Assembly: GCA_965603825.1 (NCBI GenBank)
Contig: CBFDEM010000012.1
Span: forward strand, 620,001 to 684,000
From: Blepharisma stoltei ATCC 30299
Taxonomy: Eukaryota; Protista; Ciliophora
Reading direction: 5' to 3'
DNA length: 64,000 bases
Positions 36,018-48,369 of the stretch are shown here, piece by piece (the first letter of the stretch is position 1; each line of letters opens with the position of its first letter). Below the pieces are notes generated by a model that did not search any database, was not told the origin of the DNA, and saw nothing but the letters and a program-made list of their open reading frames with translations. The translations under genes and the position numbers were made by a program.

Positions 36018-37736
36018 ATGGCAACATTTACTAATGAACTCCAAGAAACTCGCTTTAAAAGAGAGCTTGAACTTCTCGAAGATCTCAAAAACACCTTCAC
36101 CATTACAGCTAAAAAGTCAAGCCTAGGCTACACAGTCCAAATCTCAATGGAAAATCAATCTTTTTTCGGCTTCGACTCGAAATCTCTTGTCTTTGAAATT
36201 CATCTTCATGGGAAATTTCCTTTGCAGCAGCCTAAAGTCATGCTGGAGACAGTTATAGGTTTTCCTTCAATAGCAGATGGAAGAGATTTGCTTGAGGATA
36301 TTATTCGGAGAAAATGAGACTCCAGCATTACAGCGTATGAAATTATTAATTTACTCGTAAATTTTATATCATCAAGCCAAAACCAGATAAGTTTGATAGG
36401 GAAATATCATTTAGGGCACCCTTATTTTCTCGATTCCTGGGAAGTTAAAGAAAGCATGGGTGCTTTCCCATGCATTGAAGTAGATCCTTTAAATCCAAAA
36501 TTTAATAGAGAACGAGCTATTGTGATTACTCATACAATGGTACTACAATTTGATATCAACCCACATCTGAATAATGTAGGACATCTGATTTTCTGGGCAA
36601 CTTTACAGTCAATTGAAGCTATATCAAAGTCAAAAATTGACCCTGACAGGCTGAATATTCAATGAAAAAGATGTGGGAAAATTCAAGGGTTCTGCCAACA
36701 GTTCAGGGTGTTTAAATCAAAAGAATTAGTTGAGTTAATATTATCAAATGTAGAAAAACTGGGGGTTTCGATAAAAAAAGAAAAACCAAAAACACCAACT
36801 TTGCAGGAAGAAGATGTCAATGTTAATTCATTAGAAAGGATAAATGTAAAAGAAATCCTAGAAAAAATCAATGAGACTGAAAAAGATATAGAAAATGGAA
36901 TCTATAAAGACAAAATTAACTCATTGATAAGCTTATACCAACAGGCCACTGAATATTTTTCGGCACTTAATGATCCTCAGTTTGATATTTATTTGCAAAA
37001 AATGCTGGCTTTATTTAAAAATGAGCAGTATATGAAAATATTGAGGGAAGATGAGGAAGTGGAAAAGAAAGAAGAAAATAGTGAAAAAGATGAAGAAGTT
37101 AAAGAGCAAGTAGGTGATAGCTCAAATGAGGATTTGATTAAGCAAGAAAATAGCAAAAATAATGAAGAAACAGATGCAAATGAAGTAATTAATGAAGAAA
37201 AATCTGAAAAGGAAACTGCAGAAGCATTAAATAAAGACCTTGAGAGTGTATCTCAACAAGAAGTAACAGAAACTATGGAAGCTCCTCAAGAATTCTCACC
37301 ACAAGTAATTGAAGCAGATTTGCAGAATGGAAATGTCGATAGCATATTGGAAGATGTAATAAAGGCTACTGAAGCAATAATTTTCGAAAATATTGAAATC
37401 TCCACAGATGAAAATTCCACTATAAAGAATCAAAATGAGCTTATAATAGATGCAAGTTTGGAATCTCTTCATGAAACTTTAAGCGAAGAAACTAAAGAAA
37501 AAATTTTAATTGAAGAAAATAAGGAAAGTAATTTAGCTGAGGAAAGCGAAGAAAGCAATTTTATTGAGACTGAAATTATTTCTGCTGAACCAGAGAACAG
37601 CTTAACAGAGCCAGAAAATAATGTAATTGAACCAGATAAACTAGATAATGTACAAAACCTAGAGCAAGAAGAGTATAAGCTGCAAAGCATAAATATTAAA
37701 AGCATAACTTATTATGCTGAAGATAACAGAATTTAG
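36018..37736 (+). CDS. UBC/UEV-like domain protein with acidic tail, 572 aa
   Basis: Three ORFs joined by TGA at 36315 and 36663. FPLQQPKV...FPSIADGRDLLEDIIRRK-W-DSS resembles an E2 fold without the catalytic Cys. Confidence 0.7.
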
Positions 37737-37990
37737 AAAGAAAAATAATCAAACTAGTAATATTTTAATTGCGTTAAAGTATAATAACTATAGAGAGTGT
37801 TACAACAGCTTGCATTTAACTAGTTTTACTAATCGAAAAGCTAGCCATAGATGGCAAGCTAAGAATGACCCATAAATAGAATGCTCTATATCTTGGAAAA
37901 TAATGATAAGCATTATAATTCTATTATAAGAATTAGAAATCATCAATTCCTATATCATGCATTCATTAATCCTTTTTAATTAGCTAGAAT

Positions 37991-39343
37991 TTAAACCATA
38001 GTGACGTACTCTTCAGATGCTGTAGGGTGTATAGCGACAGTGTTATCGAAATCTCTCTTCGTCGCCCCCATCTTCACAGCTACAGCAAATCCTTGTATCA
38101 TCTCATCAATGCCTCTTCCTACTCCATGAAGTCCAACAACTCTTTCTTCAGGTCCAACACATATGAGCTTCATAAAGGTCAGCTCTTTATGCTCAGTCAA
38201 AGCGAAAAACATATTGGTGAAGCTTGATCTATAGACTTTCACATTATCATCTCCATACTGAGCTCTTGCTTGTTGCTCTGTAATTCCAACAGTCCCAAGT
38301 GGTGGGTGCGTGAAAATTACAGCCGGCACATTTGTGTAGTCTTGCTTTAAATCAACTTGCCCATTAAATAGCCTTTCTGCTAGTTTTCTTCCAGCTGCAA
38401 TAGCTATTGGGGTAAGCTGAAGCTTTTTGGTAACATCTCCAATTGCATATATATGTGGATTTGTTGTAGCTTCATACTCATCGACTTGGATTTTTCTTAG
38501 CCCGACCATTTGTACGCCGGCTGCTTCTAAGTTAAGATCATCTACATATGCATCTCTACCGATATTCAAAAATATTTTTTCATACACAAAATTTTGCCCA
38601 TTGTCGAAAAATGCATGAAGTCCCTCATCTGTCTTTTTGATTTCAACAATGTTACTTGACGGCAAAAATGTAACTCCATCTTTACTCATCTGTTCCATAA
38701 GCTTAGTTGTTGCTTCACGATCGTATGCTATTAAAGGGTAGTCTTCCCTCATAGCAATTGTAGCTTTTGTTCCAAAAGTGTTAAATACACATGCTAATTC
38801 ACAGGAAATATAGCCACTACCAATCAGTAAAGCACTACTTGGTAGAGTCTCTAAAGCAAAGAAAGCATCACTTGTTAAAAAATGTTCCTTGCCTGGAATG
38901 TCTAATACTCTTGGCTGTGATCCAGTCGCAATTAAAATATTCGTTGCAGTGATTAATAGAGAATCATCAACAGATATTATATCTGGGCCGACAAATCTAG
39001 CGCGGCCAAATATTACCTCAACTCCAGAGTTCGTCAGGAGCTTGGCATAAATTCCATTGAGTCGAGCGATATATGCATCTCTATTAGCTTTAAGCGTGGC
39101 CCATGTGTGAGAGGCTGATGTGTCGAAGCCATACTCTTTAGAGAGGGTGATTCCTTCTAAAATATGTGCAGCGTTCCAACAAACTTTTTTTGGAACACAT
39201 CCATTGTTAACACATAGTCCACCTAAGCGATTAAATTCAACTAGAATCACTTTAGCACCATATTTGGCTGCCCTGCGTGCTGATGCAATTCCACCACTTC
39301 CTCCGCCTATCACTAAGAAATCAGCATGCTTCGACTCGAGCAT
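37991..39343 (-). CDS. GSR: Glutathione reductase, paralog 1
   Basis: [19 protein letters not shown] (redox-active disulfide), GSGYIS, HPTASEE; 450 aa. Confidence 0.92.
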   Translation of the reverse strand: MLESKHADFLVIGGGSGGIASARRAAKYGAKVILVEFNRLGGLCVNNGCVPKKVCWNAAHILEGITLSKEYGFDTSASHTWATLKANRDAYIARLNGIYAKLLTNSGVEVIFGRARFVGPDIISVDDSLLITATNILIATGSQPRVLDIPGKEHFLTSDAFFALETLPSSALLIGSGYISCELACVFNTFGTKATIAMREDYPLIAYDREATTKLMEQMSKDGVTFLPSSNIVEIKKTDEGLHAFFDNGQNFVYEKIFLNIGRDAYVDDLNLEAAGVQMVGLRKIQVDEYEATTNPHIYAIGDVTKKLQLTPIAIAAGRKLAERLFNGQVDLKQDYTNVPAVIFTHPPLGTVGITEQQARAQYGDDNVKVYRSSFTNMFFALTEHKELTFMKLICVGPEERVVGLHGVGRGIDEMIQGFAVAVKMGATKRDFDNTVAIHPTASEEYVTMV

Positions 39344-40062
39344 TTATTATTTTATTAGTAAATTGGATGTTGCTCCATATTTGTTTTATTCACTATTTTG
39401 TCTTTAGGCTAATTTAAAATTGAAGGTTTCAATGGATATTTAGAAATAAATTTAAATTTGGCGCTATGAAAAGTTTTGTATTCTTTCATATAGGATGGAA
39501 GAAATTGATAGGAATTTTTAAATAATAAATCTCTCTGTTTATTTTTGATAAAAATAGCATTTTCGTCCTTAAGCAATTAATTGTACTTGACCAGTTTAAA
39601 ATTGTAATTTGCAAGCATGAAATATAATGAAATATTTTTCATTTGATCTGGCTCACTTGGCTAGAAAATTATTGGAGCCTAATATACTTAGGCTCAATTG
39701 TTTTGCTTACGTTTTGATGAGTTCATTATTAAATTATATTAGACAAATAATTACAATTGAAATTTTAAAGAAATTAAGTTAAATATTTACACAGCCTAAG
39801 TTAGATAGCTAACTGATTGAAAGACCACAAGGCTTGGAGGAGTGGATCTGTTGAATTTAAAGGTAAAGGTAAAGAAATTAAGTTATTTGACAGTAACTGC
39901 TTTTAGTGTTTATATTTATTGGATATATGCTGGATCTCATAATATAATAGGGATCTTAGCTGCTCAGTCTTCAAATATAAATCTAGTCAACCTCCCTAAT
40001 GCTTGAAATAAGAATTTAAATATAAAAAATAATTTTCGAATATATATTAATGGTTAAAGAAT

Positions 40063-41415
40063 TTAAACCATAGTAACGTATTCTTCAGACGCTGTAGGGT
40101 GTATAGCCACAGTGTTATCGAAATCTCTTTTCGTTGCCCCCATCTTCACAGCCACAGCAAATCCTTGTATCATCTCATCAATGCCTCTTCCTACTCCATG
40201 AAGTCCAACCACTCTTTCTTCAGGTCCAGCACATATGAGCTTCATAAAGGTCAGCTCTTTATGCTCAGTCAAAGCGAAAAACATATTGGTGAAGCTTGAT
40301 CTATAGACCTTCACATTATCATCTCCATATTTCTCTCTTGCTTGCTGCTCCATAAGTCCTACTGACCCAAGTGGTGGATGAGCAAAAATGGTTGTTGGGA
40401 CATTTGTATAATCTAACTTTGCGTCTGACTGGCCTCCAAATAGTCTATCAGCCAGCTTTCTTCCTGCTGCAACTGCAATTGGAGTAAGCTGGAGCTTTCT
40501 TGTTACATCTCCAAGGGCGTAAATATGAGGATTTGTTGTAGTTTCATACTCATCTACTTGAATGCCTCTATATCTTGCCATTACAACACCTGCAGCTTCT
40601 ATGTCGAGTCCATCAACCATCCCAACTCTTCCTATATTTAAGAAAATTTTTTCAAATACAAAGCTTTCTCCTGTATTAAAAAATGCATGATATCCTCCAT
40701 CGACCTGCTTAATTTCAACTATATCTCTCCCAGGTAAAAATGAAATCCCGTCTTTAGCCATCTGCTCCATAAGTTTATTTGTAACCTCTCTATCAAAAAC
40801 AGACAAAAGATGGTCTTCTCTCATAGAAATTGTAACTTTTACCCCAAAAGTGTTGAAAATACCTCCAAGTTCACAAGAAATATAGCCATTTCCTACAAGT
40901 AAAACGTTGTTAGGAAGAGTTTCCATAGCAAAGAAATTGTCACTTGTTAAGAAATGTTCCTTGCCAGGAATGTCCATAATCATTGGCTTAGATCCAGTCG
41001 CAATTAAAATATGGCTAGCAGTGATTATAAGGGAGTTATCGACTGTAATGGAATCAGGGCCTATGAATTTTGCAGTCCCAAAAATAAACTCTATACCATC
41101 ATGTCTGAGATGATTGGCATAAATTTCGTTAAGTCTTGCTATATAAGCATCCCTGTTTGCTTTAAGTGTAGCCCAGTTATGGGAGTGAGTCACGTCAAAG
41201 CCATATTCTTTTGCCAAATGAAGCCCTTCTAGTATATGAGCTGAGTTCCAAATGACTTTTTTGGGGACACATCCATTATTAACGCATAATCCACCTAAAC
41301 GGTAGGACTCTACTACAATGACTTTAGCACCATACTTAGCTGCACGACGAGCTGCGGCAAGTCCACCACTTCCTCCGCCGATTACTAACAAATCTGCATG
41401 CTTTGAATCGGACAT
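40063..41415 (-). CDS. GSR: Glutathione reductase, paralog 2
   Basis: Same motifs (GNGYIS); tandem paralog; 450 aa. Confidence 0.92.
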   Translation of the reverse strand: MSDSKHADLLVIGGGSGGLAAARRAAKYGAKVIVVESYRLGGLCVNNGCVPKKVIWNSAHILEGLHLAKEYGFDVTHSHNWATLKANRDAYIARLNEIYANHLRHDGIEFIFGTAKFIGPDSITVDNSLIITASHILIATGSKPMIMDIPGKEHFLTSDNFFAMETLPNNVLLVGNGYISCELGGIFNTFGVKVTISMREDHLLSVFDREVTNKLMEQMAKDGISFLPGRDIVEIKQVDGGYHAFFNTGESFVFEKIFLNIGRVGMVDGLDIEAAGVVMARYRGIQVDEYETTTNPHIYALGDVTRKLQLTPIAVAAGRKLADRLFGGQSDAKLDYTNVPTTIFAHPPLGSVGLMEQQAREKYGDDNVKVYRSSFTNMFFALTEHKELTFMKLICAGPEERVVGLHGVGRGIDEMIQGFAVAVKMGATKRDFDNTVAIHPTASEEYVTMV

Positions 41416-42706
41416 TGGTTATTTTTATTAGTTTATTAGATTACTGATCCACATATTATATCGGTTTTCGTTATGGAGTTTGAAATAGAAATTCAGTAAA
41501 TATTTTTACTGACTAAGATTAGCATTAGACGGCAGAGTGTAATAATTTATTAGTGGGAAAGTGTAGCAGGTTGCTTGAAATGATGAATTCAGTTGATGGT
41601 TTAGCAAGATTAAGGAGAAACAAGAAGGTACGTTGAATTTTTGTTTTTGGGGTTTAGAAAGGGTTTGATATAGGCTAGCTTTAAGGAAACAAGTCTTGGT
41701 AAAAGCAAATGTTTTATAGCAGACGCAGCTTATAATAGAAGACAATTTTTATAAAAGAAAGGTTTTTTAATTTCGGTCTAGTATACATAGCAACGTAGTA
41801 TTGAATAGATAAATTAGAATCAATAAATACGTAAAGACCTCTGGCAGCTTCGCCTTTATAAAGTATTTACATTTATTATAAACTAATAGGAAAAAGATCT
41901 CAGAATTTCAAAATAAATCTTGAAAAATGAGAAATATTTTTACGATCTTATTAAAAATACTTTAGTGCGTGGGAAATTTAAGCTTTGGATCGAAAACACA
42001 TGGTTCAATAAATTTTTTGCCTTTATTTGAATGGTAGCTTAAGGAAAATGTTTAATAATTGAAAGTTATTTGAATTATCATTAATTTAAACACTAAAGCT
42101 TAGTGGAAGATAAATCGAATTTACTATACAATTTAATCATCTATACATCCAAAATTCTAAGAAGCTATTTATTCTGAGTTAAACAATAAACGATAAAATT
42201 ATATGGATAGTTTACCAATTTCACGATCAGAATTTGTAATTTGAATACTATTGTGTGAGACTTAGATACTAAAAATAATAAATATACATATGACTTGACT
42301 TTCTATAATGTTCAACAATAATGCTAGAAATCTTGAAGAATATGCTTACATAATCATCCTTGGCAGCTAATTTCTGTCTTAATATTATTAATCCATCAAA
42401 CAAATTGAAAACATATAATTTAAGGTCATAAAATCCTTAAACATAAAAAAGACAGGCAAAATTATCATTTTTAACTTAATTTCCATAATCAATATCGGTT
42501 TTAAATTTTAGTAGCAAAAAATATCTATTAGAAAAGAATATAAGATCTCTATTTCATATATAAATTATTTCTATATTTATTTTATAAATATCTTTCCTTA
42601 ATCTCAAACCTCATGATCTATAATAATCATCTTTAAGACTGATTAAATCTTTCAAGATAATTTTCACTTGTCCCAGCTTTGAATTCAAAAAAACCTAAAT
42701 AGAAAT

Positions 42707-45700
42707 ATGGAAGCTGTAAAAGTTGTTGTAAGGGTCCGACCCTTAAATCAAACAGAAAAAGGTCGAGGAAATTATAGCATAATTCAAATAGACCGTGAAT
42801 TTAACCAATGTACAATTACTAACCCAAAAACCCAAGTCCCAAAAACTTTTGCATATGACTCAGTTTATGATGAACAATGTCCTCAGCAGCTGTTATATGA
42901 TGAAACCGCTTTTCCTTTGGTAGAAAGCGTAATTCAAGGCTATAACGGAACTATATTTGCGTATGGGCAAACAGGCTGTGGGAAAACTTATACGATGGTT
43001 GGTGTTAATGATCCACCAGAACTTAGAGGGATTATTCCTAATTCTTTTTCACATGTTTTTAGTGCTATTGCTGAAGCTCCTCATGAAAAATGTTTTTTAG
43101 TGAGATGCAGCTACTGTGAAATCTATAATGAAGAAATCAGAGATTTACTGCATTTCGACCCAAATATGAAACTCGAATTAAAAGAGAACAAAGACAATGG
43201 AATTTTTGTCAAAAACTTGTCAATGCATACCGTAAAAAGTGTTGATGGGATTGAGCAAGCAATGGCTGAAGGTAACACACACAGAATTACAAAGGAAACG
43301 CAGATGAACGAAAGATCATCTAGATCTCATGCAATTTTTACAATTTATATTGAAAGCAGTGAAGAAATTGAAGAAAGACAAATCATTAAGGCTGGAAAAT
43401 TAAATCTCGTAGATTTAGCTGGTTCAGAAAGGCAGAAAAAGACTGGGGTTGCAGGAGATACATTAAAAGAAGCAATTGAAATTAATTTATCGCTAAGTGC
43501 GTTAGGAAATGTAATTAGTGCATTGGTAGATGGAAGTGCTAAGCACATTCCATATAGAGACTCAAAACTTACAAGACTTTTACAAGATTCATTAGGAGGC
43601 AACACCAAAACGGTGATGATCGCAGTATGCTCTCCTGCTGATTATAACTATGATGAAAGTTTAAGCACTTTAAGATACGCAAGTAGAGCTAAATTTATCC
43701 AAAATAAGCCAAAAGTCAATGAAGACCCAAAAGATGCCCTGCTTCGACAATATGCTGAAGAAATCGAAAAACTTAAAAAAATGCTTCAGGAAAGAAGCTC
43801 AGGAGAACCTATTATAATAGAAAAAATTGTGGAAAAAGAAAAAATTGTGGAAAGAGAAAAAATCGTAGAAGTTGAGGCTAAAAGAAAACGTAAAAAGAGA
43901 AAAAAAGCGCCAAAGGCGAATGTGTTAGAATCAGATAGTGAAGAAGAATATCCTGATGATTTTGAATCCTCAATGATAAATGACAGACAAAATGGAAAAA
44001 GCCAATCTTCTATAGATTCTGGAGAAAATACCATGGAAAATGAAATAGCAAAACACCCAAAAAAATATTCAAAATCGAAGAAAAACTCTTCAGACCTTCA
44101 GATGAAGGATGAAGATACTACAGAAATTGAGGGGTCACAAAGCCCACCTAAAAGTAAGCCAAAAACTAAGTCAAGTAAAGCAGATTTAATAGTAAGGCCA
44201 GGAAAAGGAGAAGATAGGACAGAACTTGAAGGGCAAAAAGCCAAAGCTAATGCTAAGAATAGTAAAGGAGATGTAATTGTCCGCCAATCCAAAGAAGAAG
44301 AAAGTGCTGAAATTGAAGGATCTCAAAGGCAGTTTAAAAATAAATCAAAAGCTAAGCCAAGTAAGGCAGATGGAATTAATCTTCAAGCAAAGTATGAAGA
44401 CGCTACAGAGCTTGAAGAATCTCAAAGCCAGCTAAAGCATAAACCCAAAGGCAAACCTAACAGACCAGATGTAGCCAGTATCCAAGCAAAAGACGAAGAC
44501 CCCACCTCAAAAGAAGGCTCCCCAGCACCTAAATCCAAGCCAAAATCTAGTACAGCCGACTTAATTATCTCCAAAGACCCCAAAATTTCTATAAAAACCA
44601 AAGAAAGCCGCAAAACCTCTGCCGATGCGAAATCTCCCAAACAAAGAAAGCTCACCACCTCAATCAAAGAAGAAACCGCCGCCTTGCAGCTTGAACTCGC
44701 TCAAGAAGATCACGGACAAAAAGAAGAAGACATGGAAAAAATGATCCAAGAAATCCAGCTCCAACTAATCGCAGGTGGCGAGCAACTTGACAAAGCAGAA
44801 AAAGAGCGTCTCAAAGCCCAACGAGATTTCCGAAATAAACTGAAAAAACAAAAACAAAAGGAAAAAGCTTTAGCTGAAGAAAACAGAAAAAAAGAAGAAG
44901 AAATGCTGATGAAAGAAAAAGAGTATCAGAATTTGCAAGAAGAAGTCGACGATTTGAGGAAAGTTATAATGAAATTAAGACTGAAATATAAGTCAAGCTT
45001 AGCAGAAATTGAAGATTTGAACCATGAGCATGAAATAGAAAAAGAAGGGCTTTTGGAGACTATAAGGTCAAAGGAAAGAGAGACTGATTTTTTGCATAGA
45101 GTTTTTGAGTTTATGCTGCCACCAAATGAGCTGCAGAAGATAAGGCAGAGGTCAAGGTGGGATGATGATAATCATGAATGAAAAATACCTGCTTTTGTGA
45201 TTCAGCAAAAGCAAATAACTTTCCCAAAGCTTCCTAAGCAGCAGCTACGAGAAATAGTTCAAAATGAACTCAAAACTCGTACAGTAGTTTACCAATCTGA
45301 AGCTAAAAACCCTCAGCCAAACCCCAAATATGCCCAGTACGAAGAAGAGCCTAATGAAGATTTAAGGAACATGAAATTTTCTGACTGAAATGAAGGCCAA
45401 AATTATGAAGAAGTCAATGGAAATGGATACTCGAATACGAAATATGAGAACGGGATTGCTCAAGGGAGGTTTGAAAATGATGGAAGGCCTATTACAAGTG
45501 GAGGACATAGCAGGGACTCACAAATTCTAAAACAGGTAAAAAATGCTGCTTTAGAACCAATTGATTTAAAATCACTTACAGGAGAAGGGAAAAGTGCAGT
45601 CCTTGGGCAAGAAATCAGCTTGGCTTCTCCTGCTGCCAGAGGAAAAATTGCTGCACAGCCACAAGGTAAACCTGTATTAAAGCCTATAGATCATAGGGGT

Positions 45701-45760
45701 ATCAGCAAAGAAAAAACCATGCCAAGAAAGGCTAGTAAGGGGAATTTAGCTTCTTATTAG
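42707..45760 (+). CDS. Kinesin-2 family motor (KIF3/KIF17-like), 1017 aa
   Basis: [60 protein letters not shown] neck. TGA at 45179 (WDDDNHE-W-KIP) and 45386 read through to TAG at 45758. Confidence 0.92.
44105..44570 (+). repeat. Five degenerate ~29-33 aa repeats in the kinesin-2 stalk
   Basis: Units start [12 protein letters not shown] / [11 protein letters not shown] / [12 protein letters not shown] / [12 protein letters not shown] / [11 protein letters not shown] and end in K-rich ..KAD-like segments. Confidence 0.75.
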
Positions 45761-45800
45761 AGTTTTTATATAGTAATTGTTATCTAAAATTCATTAATAA

Positions 45801-46928
45801 ATGAAAACTATACAGGTTCAAAGTTGGAGATCAATTCAGCCTAATGACCGTTCACGATCTCTACCCTCCAAATACCGTAATTATACTCCGAAATTCCCTT
45901 CACGAACTCTTGCAGAAGACAACATGGAAGGTCATTTTTCAAACCGCAGCAAGGCAGAATTATTTCCTCACGAAATTACAAAACCTCAAAGAATTGAACT
46001 CCCAGTCTATTTTAACACCCCAAGACGATTTTCTATAACAAGACCAAAATCTCCTCCAAAGCCTGTGAATAACTTGTTTAAAAACCCAAATCAAAGCTTT
46101 CAGAATGCCCTTGATTTAGAAAAGACAACTACAGTTATGAAAAGATTGAAGGATTACAATATGCTAGCTTTTGCTTGCAAAAGAGCTGGGAAAACAAGAG
46201 ATGAAGGCAGGGCTTATTATAGTATTGGGGTTTTATATGACAACTTAGGCCAATATAAAAAAGCTATATCTTCTTATACACAATTTTTAAATGTCTGCCA
46301 ATCAATTGGAGATGTCCATGGAGAAGCTTTGGCTAACAACTGCATTGGAGTTGATTATACCAAAATGGCTGAAGCTGAGCCTGGAAATAATGCACTGTGG
46401 CAGGAAGCTATTAATTATCATATGAAGCATAAAGATATTGCTGATGTCCCTGGGAAATTTTTAGCACATATAAACTTAGGGATTATTTATAGCAAACTTG
46501 GAGACAATGAAAGGGCAGCAATAAATCATCAATTTGCCTTGCGATATGCAATACAGATGTCTAGTGTGGCTGGACAAAGCGTTGCTATTGGAAATTTAGG
46601 CCAAATCGGAAATAATAAAATTGTAGGAGATAATGAGAAGCTTAAAATGTTCGCTGAACGATATTTAGCACTAAGCCATGAGCTGAAAAACAGAAAAGGA
46701 GAAAGTGGAGCTTATCAACAGCTTGGAAATATCAGTTTTAGTGTTGGAGATTATGATTCCAGCACAAAAAATTATTATCGAGCTATGAAGATTGCTGAAG
46801 AAATTGGAGATAAAGAGCTTTTAGATGTTGCAAAATGCAATTTTGGGGCTGCAAATGCAAACTTGAAGATGGATGAACATATGAAAAATATATTGCAAAA
46901 AGTAAATCAAGCACGAGCTAAATTTTAA
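45801..46928 (+). CDS. TPR-repeat protein
   Basis: EGRAYYSIGVLYDNLGQYKKA, AHINLGIIYSKLGD, AYQQLGNI repeats. Confidence 0.88.
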   Translation: MKTIQVQSWRSIQPNDRSRSLPSKYRNYTPKFPSRTLAEDNMEGHFSNRSKAELFPHEITKPQRIELPVYFNTPRRFSITRPKSPPKPVNNLFKNPNQSFQNALDLEKTTTVMKRLKDYNMLAFACKRAGKTRDEGRAYYSIGVLYDNLGQYKKAISSYTQFLNVCQSIGDVHGEALANNCIGVDYTKMAEAEPGNNALWQEAINYHMKHKDIADVPGKFLAHINLGIIYSKLGDNERAAINHQFALRYAIQMSSVAGQSVAIGNLGQIGNNKIVGDNEKLKMFAERYLALSHELKNRKGESGAYQQLGNISFSVGDYDSSTKNYYRAMKIAEEIGDKELLDVAKCNFGAANANLKMDEHMKNILQKVNQARAKF

Positions 46929-47034
46929 TGTTTTTCTTAATCTTTAAAATTTGTGACTAATATTTTCATGTAATAATTTACTTATAGCGAGATAAATATT
47001 TATATTATAGAGCCAAACTTATTAAAGGCTAAAA

Positions 47035-47553
47035 TTATATTCGGTTACCTTTACACATCTTTAATAAAGGTAATTTCAAGCTTTTCATGCTCAACAGATT
47101 TTCGACCATAGTCTGGTAATCTTGGCTATCAAGCGCGTCCTTTGCATTAATAAGCCTCGCTAATCCATCAGCCACCACATCTTTGCAGTCTGCCCACGCT
47201 TGGCTATCTTCAGCAGCTTCCTCTTTAGAAATTTCAACTAATTTTCCGTTCACCAGTATCTCTTTATCAGATAAAGGAATAAAATCAATATTTGGGTCTT
47301 CAGTTGCTGTGTCAGCTACTATCAGTGGAATACATTGGTACATTCATTGAGGAATTAAAGAAAAAACAAACAGCATTTTATGAAAGCCTTCTTGGATGTA
47401 TCATATGGAAGAAATTTCCATTGCCATTTCCAGAATAATTTCTTCTAGCACCACAGTGTCGACTATGCAGTTGTAAATGTTGAATTTCAAGTTTGGCTCT
47501 GTGCCTGAAGAGGCTATTAGCAGAGTCAAAACAAGTACAATAAATTTAGACAT
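47035..47553 (-). CDS. Small secreted helical protein, 172 aa
   Basis: ATG 47553 with signal peptide MSKFIVLVLTLLIASSG; two TGA codons join ORFs 47401..47673 and 47035..47343; four spaced Cys. Confidence 0.7.
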
Positions 47554-47761
47554 TATAAGTTCAACAAAACTATAGTTTTCTAGTGATATGTTTAAATAAA
47601 AATGCAGGGAATAATAACAAAGAATCGTATTAATGTTTTTTATGTTATGCAAACGTTTTGAAAATATTTGCATTTATTACTTAAAACTGCTTCTTGTACC
47701 ATAAGTTTATGATTTTTTGAACCTATTAAAAATAATTTTGCTAAGATGCTAATAATTTATC

Positions 47762-48229
47762 ATGATATGCAATAAATACAATATTGAATATCATACGAAA
47801 TGCTGCAAAAATGCTTTTAGAAGAGATCTTCTCCACGTCTTTCCATCAATATCTGCAGATGTACCTTTGACTTTAGTCTTAACATTCCAAGATGCGAAAT
47901 CCAACTTTTTTGACATAAAAGATTTTTCAAGCGAAAAAGACAAATGCCTCGAGAATTTTTTCGAGTTTTCTGAAGAACTGATAACTTTATTGTCTGAATG
48001 ATGATGTGATTATATTGACCCATCTTCAGGGCTACCTATGAAATCAGAGCCAGCTGGATTTTATAGTGATATAGAAGCATGCACAAGGGTTTTCCATTTT
48101 TCCCATCAAAATATCAATGGGTGTTTCATTATAGATCATCCAAGGTTCCATTTCAGCTCATATATAGCGTCGTTTTACACAACAGCCCCTGCTGATATTG
48201 TATTATCAGCTATAGAAAGAATTAATTAA
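47762..48229 (+). CDS. MMADHC: Cobalamin-trafficking protein CblD/MMADHC-like, 155 aa
   Basis: Tandem TGA TGA at 47999-48004 gives E-W-W-CDYIDPSSGLP (family WADFIDPSSGL). Also RRDLLHVFP, EKDKCLENF, GCFIIDHP, SFYTTAP. Confidence 0.85.
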
Positions 48230-48369
48230 ACTGTAAAAATTTGTCAAAAAGACTTCAAATCATTTTTGATTTAAATCAGTTATAATTAAATATAGTGATA
48301 TTTGAATTTCAGATCTCATAACTGAAAATTTTCTCTTGAATATTTTAATAATGAGGTTTTGGTTTTACT

